A stretch of DNA of 32,000 nucleotides from Candidatus Saccharimonadota bacterium (GTDB lineage Bacteria > Patescibacteriota > Saccharimonadia > Saccharimonadales > Saccharimonadaceae), in the NCBI GenBank assembly GCA_001897305.1, contig MKSO01000001.1, forward strand, positions 330,001-362,000, given 5' to 3'. Of this stretch, positions 8,418 through 16,684 are shown one piece after another. A program made the position numbers and the translations under genes. A model generated the notes under the pieces. It was not told the origin of the DNA. It ran no database searches and worked only from the letters and a program-made list of their open reading frames with translations. How positions within the stretch are numbered: the stretch's first letter is position 1; every line of letters begins with the position of its first letter.

Positions 8418-8891
8418 TTAGAAGCCTTCAACCCCAGAAATGGTGTGTGAAGTGATAACGTCATTTTCATCAAGTTTGAAGTCGGCGGATACCTTCTTGC
8501 CTTCAAGCACAGAGGGCAACCAGTACGAGTCGTCACTCCACATGGTTTCGTAAGGTAAATCTGTAGTGTTAAACCACTGTGGGTTCATTTCCTCACTTTC
8601 AGTCGGCTCCCCTTCCCACTTGTTAGCAACAAAAACATGCACATTCATAATGGTTGGCTCGCCTTTAAAATACTCGTCAAAACGAATGTCAGCAACTTTT
8701 TCGTAGCTTGTTGGTGTGACGCCAATTTCCTCTTGGGTTTCACGCACCATTGCCTGTTCAATCGTCTCACTATCTTCAACCTTACCACCAACGCCATTCC
8801 AGCGGCCTTCGCCAAAGCCACGTTTTTTCATAGCTAATAAAATCTGGTCACCCTGCCGTAAGAAAAGCAGCGACAAGGTTTTGGTGTTCAT
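8418..8891 (-). CDS. NUDIX hydrolase, MutT/MTH1-like
   Basis: The Nudix box is GGKVEDSETIEQAMVRETQEEIGV (GX5EX7REUXEEXGU). The RWNGVGGK context resembles 8-oxo-dGTPases. Confidence 0.9.
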   Translation of the reverse strand: MNTKTLSLLFLRQGDQILLAMKKRGFGEGRWNGVGGKVEDSETIEQAMVRETQEEIGVTPTSYEKVADIRFDEYFKGEPTIMNVHVFVANKWEGEPTESEEMNPQWFNTTDLPYETMWSDDSYWLPSVLEGKKVSADFKLDENDVITSHTISGVEGF

Positions 8892-8893
8892 GA

Positions 8894-9694
8894 CTAGGCT
8901 TCAACCTCGATACTAACCGGGCAGTGGTCGGAGCCCAGTACATTCGGGTGGATTTGCGGGTTCTTTACTTTGTCGGCAATGCCCTTACTAGCAAGCCAGT
9001 AGTCGATCCGCCAGCCAACGTTTCGAGCGCGGGCATTGGCCCAGTGAGTCCACCAAGTATATAGTTCGGCTTTGTCTGGAAAGGCAGCGCGTAGAGTATC
9101 GACATACCCGGCTTTTTCAAAGGCATCAAAGCCTGCGCGCTCCTCATTCGTAAAGCCGTGCTTGCCGATATTCGCCTTGGGGTTAGCAAGATCGATTTCG
9201 CTATGCGCGACGTTAAGGTCGCCGCAAAAAAGGACTGGTTTGGTTTTTTCCAGTTCCTGAATGTGCTCGAGGAACGCTGGGTCCCATTGCTTATGGCGTA
9301 GTTCGAGGCGGCTGAGATCGCCTTTTGAGTTAGGCGTATATACTGTTACAACCCAAAATTTCTCAAACTCAGCTGAAATGACGCGACCTTCTTTTGACGG
9401 GTCGCCGTAGCTATCCCCTGCTAGGCCATACTTTTCAGCGATAGCATCGGTAAAACCATTAATAACCTGCAATGGTTCGGTTTTGCTAAAAATAGCCGTG
9501 CCGCTGTAGCCGGCTTTTTCGGCGCTATTCCAATATTCTTTGTATTGAGGTAGGTCAATCTCGGCCTGGCCTTGCTTGGCTTTTGTTTCTTGCAAGCAGA
9601 AAATATCGGGGTCGTGTTCGGCAACAAAGCTTTGAAAAGCGCCCTTGTTAATAACCGCCCGGATTCCGTTGACATTCCATGAGTAAAGTTTCAT
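8894..9694 (-). CDS. xth: exodeoxyribonuclease III (AP endonuclease)
   Basis: MKLYSWNVNGIRA, CLQETK, GDLNVAH and the C-terminal GSDHCPV are canonical ExoIII/APE1 family motifs. Confidence 0.93.
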   Translation of the reverse strand: MKLYSWNVNGIRAVINKGAFQSFVAEHDPDIFCLQETKAKQGQAEIDLPQYKEYWNSAEKAGYSGTAIFSKTEPLQVINGFTDAIAEKYGLAGDSYGDPSKEGRVISAEFEKFWVVTVYTPNSKGDLSRLELRHKQWDPAFLEHIQELEKTKPVLFCGDLNVAHSEIDLANPKANIGKHGFTNEERAGFDAFEKAGYVDTLRAAFPDKAELYTWWTHWANARARNVGWRIDYWLASKGIADKVKNPQIHPNVLGSDHCPVSIEVEA

Positions 9695-9700
9695 ATAACT

Positions 9701-9706
9701 AGTATA
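9701..9706 (-). promoter_or_regulatory. -10 box TATACT 6 nt upstream of the xth ATG
   Basis: The minus strand reads agcgTATACTagttatATG. There is no SD. Confidence 0.45.
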
Positions 9707-9726
9707 CGCTATTACCTCAACGAGTA

Positions 9727-9972
9727 TTAATCGGTTACGTCACGACGCCATTCTTTGCGTGTTGTATACAGATAACGACGCAACGAATTGTGCTGGACGT
9801 GCCTATCTTGTTTTGGGTGATCTGGATGAGTAGCTATGTTGGTTGTATCGAGGCGCATAACGAGCGCTCGCTTAATGTATTCGCTTCGTGATTCATAGCG
9901 CAATGCTGCTTCGGCGTCGACAATTTGGACGAGCTCTTTCGGCAGTGATATATTGACGATTTTCGTATTCAT
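9727..9972 (-). CDS. ribbon-helix-helix (CopG/Arc/MetJ-type) DNA-binding protein
   Basis: MNTKIVNISLPKELVQIVDAEAALRYESRSEYIKRALV fits the beta-strand/helix/helix RHH pattern. I prefer ATG 9972 to the TTG at 9987. Confidence 0.7.
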   Translation of the reverse strand: MNTKIVNISLPKELVQIVDAEAALRYESRSEYIKRALVMRLDTTNIATHPDHPKQDRHVQHNSLRRYLYTTRKEWRRDVTD

Positions 9973-9980
9973 ACATTTAC

Positions 9981-10008
9981 TATACAAACGCTATATTAGG
10001 TTTGTATA
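9981..10008. promoter_or_regulatory. candidate RHH operator: inverted repeat TATACAAAC-N10-GTTTGTATA overlapping the RHH gene's -10 box
   Basis: 9981-9989 tatacaaac and 10000-10008 gtttgtata are exact reverse complements. A third half-site-like gttttgtata lies at 10021-10030. The -10 box TATAGT (9979-9984, minus strand) lies 6 nt upstream of the ATG. Confidence 0.4.
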
Positions 10009-10070
10009 AAATTTGCGTACGTTTTGTATAAATGAAAAAAACAAAGATTCGAGAAGAGGCCTTGCAATTG

Positions 10071-10544
10071 TTAATGACCCAGGTTTCCTCTCGTTATATC
10101 ACGTTCTTGATCACGCTTTTTAATAGCTTGGCGCTTGTCGTAATTCTTCTTACCCTTACCGAGGGCAATAACGAGTTTGACGTAGCGGCCTTGGTTGAGA
10201 AGGCGTAATGGCACAATGGACATGCCGGCCTGCTTGCGAGCATCAAGTTCATCAATTTGCTTGCGACTGGCGAGCAGTTTGCGAGCCGTTGTATCGACGC
10301 TAGTTTCGTGCTGGCCACGACTATTTAAGGCTAACGAAAAACTAGCGTTATTAAGCCATAGTTCATTGTTTCGAATAGTAACGAACGAACCCTTTAGTTG
10401 TACTCGGCTGTCGCGCGCAGCCCGCACTTCCCTACCGGTAAGCACGACACCAACGACCAACTCGTCACCAAGGGCGTAATCAAACGATGCCCTACGGTTG
10501 AGAATGGCGTTTGGTTTACGTGACTGCTTTTTTTTGCCAGGCAT
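10071..10544 (-). CDS. smpB: SsrA-binding protein
   Basis: 157 aa. NRRASFDY...E.GVVLTGREV, SFV.I...E.WL and the basic C-terminal tail KKNYDKRQAIKKRD are typical of SmpB. Confidence 0.95.
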   Translation of the reverse strand: MPGKKKQSRKPNAILNRRASFDYALGDELVVGVVLTGREVRAARDSRVQLKGSFVTIRNNELWLNNASFSLALNSRGQHETSVDTTARKLLASRKQIDELDARKQAGMSIVPLRLLNQGRYVKLVIALGKGKKNYDKRQAIKKRDQERDITRGNLGH

Positions 10545-10552
10545 AATTACCT

Positions 10553-10561
10553 ATTGTAACA
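10553..10561 (-). promoter_or_regulatory. extended -10 (TGtTACAAT) 8 nt upstream of the smpB ATG
   Basis: The minus strand reads atcTGtTACAATaggtaattATG. Confidence 0.5.
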
Positions 10562-10563
10562 GA

Positions 10564-11628
10564 TTAGAGCGCGTCTTTGATCGCCTTGAGTAGTGCTCTA
10601 GCTGAAGCATTCCAACTAAACTGTTTCATGTGTTTTAAGCCGTGGTCTATCTGCTGCTTTCTAAATTTCGGGTTATCGAGCTGGCAAACTTTCTGGGCAA
10701 AATCTTCGGGCTTAGCAGGATCAAAATACAAAGCCCCACTCGCCCCTACTTCATGGAACACGGGTATGTCACTTACAACCACCGGCACGCCCATGGCCAT
10801 TGCTTCGGCGACAGGAATGCCATAGCCTTCATCTAGGCTAGCCGTGGCAAGGATGGCATCATCTGCAAGCAGGCGTTCGTATTCGTCATCACTGACGCCA
10901 TTATGAAAAACAACCTGAGCACCTTCCGGCACCAGGGTTTGCAATTCGGTTTTTCGCTCAGGACTAATGCGGCTTAATAGATGAAGCGTACGTCCAGGCA
11001 GCCACTGCATGCCACGAATAAGCGTTTCGGCGTTTTTGTATGGCATAAACGAACCCATATACACAATGTTTTTAATTGTCTTTTCGTGTTTCACTGGGTA
11101 CTTGGTAAATTTTTGCGGCGCGTTGTATATAACGTGGATTGGCTTGTTGGTCATGCGCGCTTTTTTTAGGTCGTCGGCAGAGGTATGGCTGACGGTGGTA
11201 ATAATATCCCCGCCCTTCAAAAGCATGCGCTGTGGCCAGTAGACCTGGTGGTATAGCCACCATCCTGCGCGTACAAAAAAAGGTAAAAACCCTGGTGCCT
11301 TAGGATGACGATAGTAAATCATATCCTGGGGTGTTAACACCGAAGTATACTTGCGGCCAAAGGTTCCAATGGTTTGCATTGGGCTATAGACAACATCTGG
11401 TTTGTACTTATTTAAGATGAGCGCAGTAAACGGCTCTTTTACAGACGTGCCCGGGTGAACTTTTAAAAACGACGCATCTTTAGGAAACCATTTTTTCTGT
11501 TTTTCATCAGAAATCAAAAAAGTCACTGGTGTTAGCTTGTTGAGTGCATTGCCAAGTTCGGCTGAATACCGACTAATACCATCGTGGTAGTCGGTTCGGG
11601 TATACCGTGCATCAAAAAAGATTTTCAT
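10564..11628 (-). CDS. glycosyltransferase, family 4 (GT-B fold)
   Basis: MKIFFDARY...DGISRY at the N-terminus and the C-terminal ASLDEGYGIPVAEAMAMGVPVVVSDI (EX7E-type GT4 motif). Confidence 0.85.
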   Translation of the reverse strand: MKIFFDARYTRTDYHDGISRYSAELGNALNKLTPVTFLISDEKQKKWFPKDASFLKVHPGTSVKEPFTALILNKYKPDVVYSPMQTIGTFGRKYTSVLTPQDMIYYRHPKAPGFLPFFVRAGWWLYHQVYWPQRMLLKGGDIITTVSHTSADDLKKARMTNKPIHVIYNAPQKFTKYPVKHEKTIKNIVYMGSFMPYKNAETLIRGMQWLPGRTLHLLSRISPERKTELQTLVPEGAQVVFHNGVSDDEYERLLADDAILATASLDEGYGIPVAEAMAMGVPVVVSDIPVFHEVGASGALYFDPAKPEDFAQKVCQLDNPKFRKQQIDHGLKHMKQFSWNASARALLKAIKDAL

Positions 11629-11638
11629 ACTCTTTAAA

Positions 11639-11647
11639 ATTGTATCA
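11639..11647 (-). promoter_or_regulatory. extended -10 (TGaTACAAT) for the 10564-11628 glycosyltransferase, partly built from the left arm of repeat copy B
   Basis: The minus strand reads ctcgTGaTACAATtttaaagagtATG, with 10 nt between the hexamer and the ATG. Confidence 0.5.
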
Positions 11648-11788
11648 CGAGCGCCAGCGACCCCTCATAAGCTTTCAAAAGGACACTTTCGCGTAACCCA
11701 AGGCCTTTAAGGCGTAGAGACCCTTAAAGGTCGTGGCGTGAAGCAAGTTCCGTTGAAACGCTATGAGGGGTCGCTGGCGCTCGTGATA
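11643..11788 (+). repeat. copy B of the conserved ~105-nt core enclosed in a perfect 27-bp outer stem
   Basis: 11643-11669 (tatcacgagcgccagcgacccctcata) is the exact reverse complement of 11762-11788. The interior matches the reverse complement of copy A. Confidence 0.85.
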
Positions 11789-11792
11789 TAAT
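11784..11792 (+). promoter_or_regulatory. extended -10 (TGaTATAAT) for the 11805 glycosyltransferase, partly built from the right arm of repeat copy B
   Basis: The sequence reads ctcgTGaTATAATcaaacgaagcgtATG, with 12 nt to the ATG and no SD. Confidence 0.5.
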
Positions 11793-11804
11793 CAAACGAA
11801 GCGT

Positions 11805-12971
11805 ATGAAAATACTTATTGCATCGGATCTTCACTACCCGACCATTAACGGCGTTGCCACGTTTAGCCGTAATTTAGCCCGTGGTCTTGCGGCTCGTGGC
11901 CATGAAGTGCTGGTGATTGCTCCTAGTCAAACGGGCAAAAAGTGCAAAGAAGTTGATGGCAACCACGTTATTGTACGCACCGCTTCGGTGCCGTTTCCTT
12001 TTTATCAGAACTTTAGAATCTCGCTTAACCCGGCCCGTGAAGTAAAAAAGATTATTGATGATTTCGACCCAGATGTCATTCATATCCAAATGCTGATGTG
12101 GATTGGCCAGGCGGCTATGCGCTATGGCAACAAGTATGGCATTCCTATTGTCAGTACCAACCATGCTATGCCAGAGAACTTAATGGATAACCTTCGTATG
12201 TTGGCGCCGGTATCACGGCCGATCAATTACATTCTGAAAGCATACGGCGCTCGCTTCCACTCTAAGGCTGATGTTATTACTATGCCAACCCAATCAGCGA
12301 TTGATATGTTCGATGTTGCGAAGCTTGGTATGAAAATTGAAGCGGTGTCTAATGGTATCGACCTGGCCCGGTTTAGCCCTGGCTCAGTTGCAGATGATGT
12401 CTATGATCGTTTTAACTTACCAAAGGATAAGCCAATTGTTAGTTATGTGGGTCGTCTCGATGCCGAAAAGCACCTGCCAGTCTTGCTTCGAGCTTTTGTG
12501 CGCGTACAGTCGGTGCTCCCTAATACCCATTTACTTATTGTTGGTGACGGCACCGAGCGACCATTACTGCAAACCATGGCGCACGAATTAGGCATTAGCC
12601 ACGACGTGACCTTGACTGGGCGTGTAAGTGACGAAGACCTTGAGGCATTGCATAGAGTGGGCACGGTGTTTTGTATGCCGTCACCTGCTGAGTTACAAAG
12701 TATTGCAACGCTCGAAGCCATGGCGAGTGGCCAGCCAGTTGTAGCAGTTGATGCGGGGGCTTTGCGCGAATTGTGTCAAAACGAACGCAACGGCTACCTT
12801 ACCGAGCAAGATGATGATGAGGCTATTGCCCGTGGTCTTATTGCTATTATTGAAGACCCTGCCTTGCGTGAAGAAATGAGCAAGGAAAGTCTGGCTATTG
12901 CTAATACGCACGACCTACAAACTACCCTGTCTCGTTTTGAAGAAATTTATAGCGGATTAGTAAAAGCCTGA
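11805..12971 (+). CDS. glycosyltransferase, family 4 (GT-B fold)
   Basis: MKILIASDLHYPTINGVATFSRNLARGLAARGHEVLVIAP (N-terminal GT4 domain), YVGRLDAEK and PSPAELQSIATLEAMASGQPVVAVDAG (EX7E). Confidence 0.9.
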   Translation: MKILIASDLHYPTINGVATFSRNLARGLAARGHEVLVIAPSQTGKKCKEVDGNHVIVRTASVPFPFYQNFRISLNPAREVKKIIDDFDPDVIHIQMLMWIGQAAMRYGNKYGIPIVSTNHAMPENLMDNLRMLAPVSRPINYILKAYGARFHSKADVITMPTQSAIDMFDVAKLGMKIEAVSNGIDLARFSPGSVADDVYDRFNLPKDKPIVSYVGRLDAEKHLPVLLRAFVRVQSVLPNTHLLIVGDGTERPLLQTMAHELGISHDVTLTGRVSDEDLEALHRVGTVFCMPSPAELQSIATLEAMASGQPVVAVDAGALRELCQNERNGYLTEQDDDEAIARGLIAIIEDPALREEMSKESLAIANTHDLQTTLSRFEEIYSGLVKA

Positions 12972-13735
12972 GTTAACTCGGCAACACGTTCAGGTGTTTC
13001 GTAATGGGTTAAGTGACCTACGTGATCAATGACTTTTAGAGTGGCGCGCGGGAACTTTTTTACGAGGCCGTACTGGGCGCTCAGTGGCGTGATGTCATCA
13101 AGCGAACCGGCAATCAGTAACGTTGGTACTGGGATATCGGCCGCAAAATCACCGACATTATGGCTAACGGATGTGGTAAATGCTTCAAGTACCGACTGGG
13201 CGCTATGAAACCGGCTAAAGTAGCGGTCGTGCTGATGATGGACGTAGGTGCGTAGACCCTTATCGGGTGTTTTTACCATCGCAATACTCATGACCCGAAC
13301 GATAGCTCTTGCAGACAGCCAACGGTGCGCCGAGCGTTGCGGTAATTTAGCGCCAATTTTGTAGTACGCGATGGCGAGCTTTGTCATGGTCTTTTTAGGG
13401 CCTTCAAGCGCCGGTGCGCCAATCGGGTTTACTAACACTAATCTTTTAATGGTCTTTGGATATTTTTTGGCATAGGCAGCACAGACAATACTGCCAAACG
13501 AATGGCCAAACAAGAATGGTGGCGTAACGAGTTTTTGCTTCTTAATAAAATCGTGCAGCCATTCAACATAGGCATCAAGATCGTAGTTCTTAAGGTGTTG
13601 CCCGCGGCCAAAACCCGGAAGGTCTGGCACGATAATAGTAAAGCCACGCAGTTTTTTGGCAATCAACAATAAGCCGTGGTGGGTGCCGCGGAAGCCGTGG
13701 ATCATAATAAGCGTAGGACGAGGTTTGGTGGTCAT
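12947..13735 (-). CDS. alpha/beta-fold hydrolase
   Basis: The oxyanion region is LIMIHGF, the nucleophile elbow is GHSFGS, and there is a late D and H (SLDD..., GHLTHYE). The 3' end overlaps the convergent GT gene by 25 nt. Confidence 0.85.
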   Translation of the reverse strand: MTTKPRPTLIMIHGFRGTHHGLLLIAKKLRGFTIIVPDLPGFGRGQHLKNYDLDAYVEWLHDFIKKQKLVTPPFLFGHSFGSIVCAAYAKKYPKTIKRLVLVNPIGAPALEGPKKTMTKLAIAYYKIGAKLPQRSAHRWLSARAIVRVMSIAMVKTPDKGLRTYVHHQHDRYFSRFHSAQSVLEAFTTSVSHNVGDFAADIPVPTLLIAGSLDDITPLSAQYGLVKKFPRATLKVIDHVGHLTHYETPERVAELTQAFTNPL

Positions 13736-13742
13736 CTTTATT

Positions 13743-13748
13743 AGTATA
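13743..13748 (-). promoter_or_regulatory. -10 box TATACT exactly 7 nt upstream of the hydrolase ATG
   Basis: The minus strand reads agcgTATACTaataaagATG. Confidence 0.5.
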
Positions 13749-13759
13749 CGCTACAAACC

Positions 13760-14158
13760 CTATACCTCAGTGGCCAAAGCCATGATAACAAGAGCGTAAG
13801 CGTCGGTTTGGAAGGTTTGCAAGCCCAGTTGTCGGTTGATTTGCTCGCGTTTCACAAACATACGCCGGAGTGCTGTCAGTGCTTGCTTCTGATCGGGAAA
13901 GTTAGCGAAGAAATGGTGGTAATTTTCAAATGCTTGACGATAGGTCTCATTTTCTATTACTGCAGTATCGAGCTTTTCGTCAGTAGTTACCGCGAGGAGT
14001 TTAGCACGTTCGCGGGCTTGTTTTTCTTGATCTGGATCTATAGTTGAAGGCCCCGCCAGGTGCGGCCCGTAGGTACGGTCGGTCCACTGGCGCATATAAA
14101 GGTCATCTTCCTGTAGGGTTGCTTGCAAAACAATGTGTCGCGCCAAGCCACCGCGCAT
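13760..14158 (-). CDS. hypothetical protein; start uncertain
   Basis: 132-aa ORF from ATG 14158. The same frame stays open a further 165 nt upstream, to just after the stop of the preceding gene, where a strong AAGGAGG lies (14305-14311). That stretch has no ATG, GTG or TTG. Confidence 0.5.
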   Translation of the reverse strand: MRGGLARHIVLQATLQEDDLYMRQWTDRTYGPHLAGPSTIDPDQEKQARERAKLLAVTTDEKLDTAVIENETYRQAFENYHHFFANFPDQKQALTALRRMFVKREQINRQLGLQTFQTDAYALVIMALATEV

Positions 14159-14323
14159 GCGGGCCGGATGGGTTGATTGAGCGGCTTGATTCCATAGATC
14201 AATACGTGCGTCTAATAATGCCCGGGTATCAAAACACTCCCGAAGAGACTCGGGAGTGTCGATAGAATGTTCAGAAGATGGGCCTGGAGAAATGTCTGCA
14301 GAAACCTCCTTATAGGGCTGCTA

Positions 14324-14611
14324 TTAGGCAGCTGATGGTTCGAGCTTGTGTGCCTTAATGGCGTCTTGGAGCTTTGGACGGTCGAAACCAAGGATGATAT
14401 CGCCGGCTACGTCGGTAACAGGTACGCCGCGGAAGTCGCCGTTGATCTTTTCCATCAATTCGGCGTGAGCTGCTTCATCCTCTTCGATGTCTTTAGCGAC
14501 GTATGGCACGCCAAGGCGGTCCAGCCACTGCATTTCGGTGTGGCAAAAGGCACACCAGCTGGTGCGGTAAATAGTAACTTGCGGTGTGGTGTTTGTTGTA
14601 TCTGTGCTCAT
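14324..14611 (-). CDS. glutaredoxin-like protein (NrdH/YruB type)
   Basis: VTIYRTSWCAFCHTEMQWLDRLGVPY..DIEEDE...GVPVTDVAGDIILGFDRPKL is a thioredoxin fold with a CxxC motif (CAFC). I prefer the start at ATG 14611 (MSTDTTN). Confidence 0.8.
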   Translation of the reverse strand: MSTDTTNTTPQVTIYRTSWCAFCHTEMQWLDRLGVPYVAKDIEEDEAAHAELMEKINGDFRGVPVTDVAGDIILGFDRPKLQDAIKAHKLEPSAA

Positions 14612-14759
14612 AATAATCCCTTCTTGGTTTCCCCTAACCTTTTCACTATACATTATACAGTAAACGCAACTGTATGTATATCCTCTTTCTTATTTTACCA
14701 AGTATACAGTACATAATGAACCAGGTTACTTAAGCTTCCTTGCGTACCCTTTAAAGTTC

Positions 14760-14768
14760 TGTTACTAT
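14760..14768 (+). promoter_or_regulatory. extended -10 (TGtTACTAT) 8 nt upstream of the first ATP-synthase operon gene
   Basis: The sequence reads tcTGtTACTATaagcccatATG. Confidence 0.45.
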
Positions 14769-14776
14769 AAGCCCAT

Positions 14777-15049
14777 ATGACCACGTCGCCTCGACCGCAA
14801 TCGAACCCAGGCCGGACGACCAAGGAGCAGTCGGGGTTAAGCGGACCAATGCTTATATTCATCACTGCCCTTGATACTACCTGGAGGGCTTTTCTTCCGA
14901 CACTCGGCGGAGTATTTCTGGGTATAGGCCTCGACCATTGGTTCTCTATTGCCCCAACCGCTACAATTGCTTGTTTAGTTATTGGTGTAATTGTGAGTGC
15001 ACTGCTTATTGCTAAGCAACTGCGTGATGTTCGGAGGCCATTACGATGA
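14777..15049 (+). CDS. AtpZ/AtpI-like small membrane protein of the ATP synthase operon
   Basis: 90 aa with two hydrophobic helices, positioned immediately 5' of atpB with an ATGA overlap. Confidence 0.6.
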   Translation: MTTSPRPQSNPGRTTKEQSGLSGPMLIFITALDTTWRAFLPTLGGVFLGIGLDHWFSIAPTATIACLVIGVIVSALLIAKQLRDVRRPLR

Positions 15050-15873
15050 GCCTCACTTCCTTGGCGGCTATGGAGCTGCACATTTCTATTTCTTCCGAGC
15101 CGTTATTTCATATTGGTAATTTTCCTGTAACTAATGCACTGCTAACTGGTGTGGCTGGTGGTGTACTAGCCGCGGTTATTTTATGGTACGTCGCTGGTAA
15201 GGTGAGGCGCGGTACGTACAACCGCTTCGTTGGGCTCGTGCAATGGGTGTTTGAGGGGTTATTAAAACAAATTAACGATGTTGTACCAGATAAAAAGATT
15301 GCTAAAAAAATCACTCCTCTTGCGGTTACTATTTTCTTCGTCGTCCTTATTAATTATTGGTTAAGTGTGATCCCGGGCCTCGATTCTATTAAATGGAACG
15401 GAGTGCCGGTGCTCCGGAGCTTAACGGCTGATCTTAACTTTACGCTAGGGCTAGCGCTTATCACGGTTGTTACGGTGCAAATATACGCCATTCGTTACTT
15501 GGGCGTGTTTGGCAATGCCGGCCGTTATCTTCGCAATCCTTTTAAAGACCCTGTTGGTGCTTTTGAAGGTATTCTTGAGTTAATTGGTGAAGTATCGCGC
15601 GGTACTGCTTTGGCACTGCGTTTGTTTGGAAACGCCTTTGCCGGTGAGGTGTTACTGATTGTTATCGCGGTCCTTACTAGTTATGCCGCTACTGTTGTGC
15701 TGCCGTTCTTCATGGCCTTTGAGTTGTTTATTGGCTTTATTCAGGCTTACGTTTTCTTTGTTCTTACGCTGATCTTTACCTCCCTCGCCGTGGCCCACCA
15801 TGGCCCCGAACACCCCACCGATGCTCATTCCCCTACCGATACCCCTAAAAAGAAGGCTGTAGCAAAGGGATGA
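15046..15873 (+). CDS. atpB: F0F1 ATP synthase subunit a
   Basis: The LRLFGNAFAGEVLL motif contains the essential Arg. The protein is polytopic and sits in the expected operon position. Confidence 0.93.
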   Translation: MSLTSLAAMELHISISSEPLFHIGNFPVTNALLTGVAGGVLAAVILWYVAGKVRRGTYNRFVGLVQWVFEGLLKQINDVVPDKKIAKKITPLAVTIFFVVLINYWLSVIPGLDSIKWNGVPVLRSLTADLNFTLGLALITVVTVQIYAIRYLGVFGNAGRYLRNPFKDPVGAFEGILELIGEVSRGTALALRLFGNAFAGEVLLIVIAVLTSYAATVVLPFFMAFELFIGFIQAYVFFVLTLIFTSLAVAHHGPEHPTDAHSPTDTPKKKAVAKG

Positions 15874-15919
15874 GTCAGTCGTTTATAATAGAAAGTAATA
15901 CTTAAAAGGAGATATTAAT

Positions 15920-16132
15920 ATGGATGCATTAGCATTTGGACTTACCTACGGACTACCTGCACTTGGTGCGGCGCTTGGTATTGGGTTTATTGGTGCCGGG
16001 GCGCTTAACGCTTTTGGCCGCAACCCAGAAAAGCTTGGTGATATTCGTACCCTCATGATTACCGCTATCGTGTTTGCCGACTCATTGGCGATCATCGGTA
16101 TCATCGTGGCTATTATTGCGAAGTTCTTGTAG
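15920..16132 (+). CDS. atpE: F0F1 ATP synthase subunit c
   Basis: 70-aa hairpin proteolipid with a GxGxGxG-rich helix 1 (GIGFIGAG), an RNPE loop and a helix-2 carboxylate (FADSLAI). AAGGAG SD upstream. Confidence 0.93.
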   Translation: MDALAFGLTYGLPALGAALGIGFIGAGALNAFGRNPEKLGDIRTLMITAIVFADSLAIIGIIVAIIAKFL

Positions 16133-16135
16133 GAG

Positions 16136-16684
16136 TTGACGCCAGTGAATTTTCTAACAACCTTTGCCGAAACGACCGAGAAAAGTGGGGACATTTTTAG
16201 TGCCCTTGGTATTGACTGGCGTTTGCTGATTTTGCAGATTGTCGCCTTTTTAATTCTGGTATGGTTGCTTGGAAAATTTGTCTATCCATGGCTGATGAAG
16301 TCAGTGGACGAGCGCCAAAAGAATATCGAAGAGGCTGCTAAGGCTGCCAAACAAGCGCAAGAATCAGCCGCCGAAAGCCAGGCGGAGACCGCCGAGCTGT
16401 TAGCTCAGGCCCGTAAAGAAGCCGACGAGATTATCAGCACGGCTAAATTGCAGGCTTCCGAAACCTTGTCTGCTAGTGAGAAAAAAGCCAAGGACACGGC
16501 CGAAAAAATCGTGGCCGATGCCCACGACCAGATTCAAAAAGACATTGCAGCTGCCAAGCGCGACTTGTATAACGAAACCTTGCAGCTTGTGGCCTTAACT
16601 ACTGAAAAAGTGGTTGGTAAAACAGCCACCCAAAAGACCGATGAAGCCTTGATTGCGAAGCTTCTTAAGGAGGAAAAGGCGTAA
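16136..16684 (+). CDS. atpF: F0F1 ATP synthase subunit b
   Basis: N-terminal TM segment (LLILQIVAFLILVWLLGKF) followed by a long charged Ala/Glu/Lys helix. The true start may be GTG 16145, which lies 9 nt after AGGAG. Confidence 0.85.
   Translation: MTPVNFLTTFAETTEKSGDIFSALGIDWRLLILQIVAFLILVWLLGKFVYPWLMKSVDERQKNIEEAAKAAKQAQESAAESQAETAELLAQARKEADEIISTAKLQASETLSASEKKAKDTAEKIVADAHDQIQKDIAAAKRDLYNETLQLVALTTEKVVGKTATQKTDEALIAKLLKEEKA

Noticed and set aside
10032-10208. 58-codon plus-strand ORF starting in the RHH/smpB intergenic region
   Set aside because: It is almost entirely antisense to the well-supported smpB gene, and it has no SD or properly spaced -10 box.
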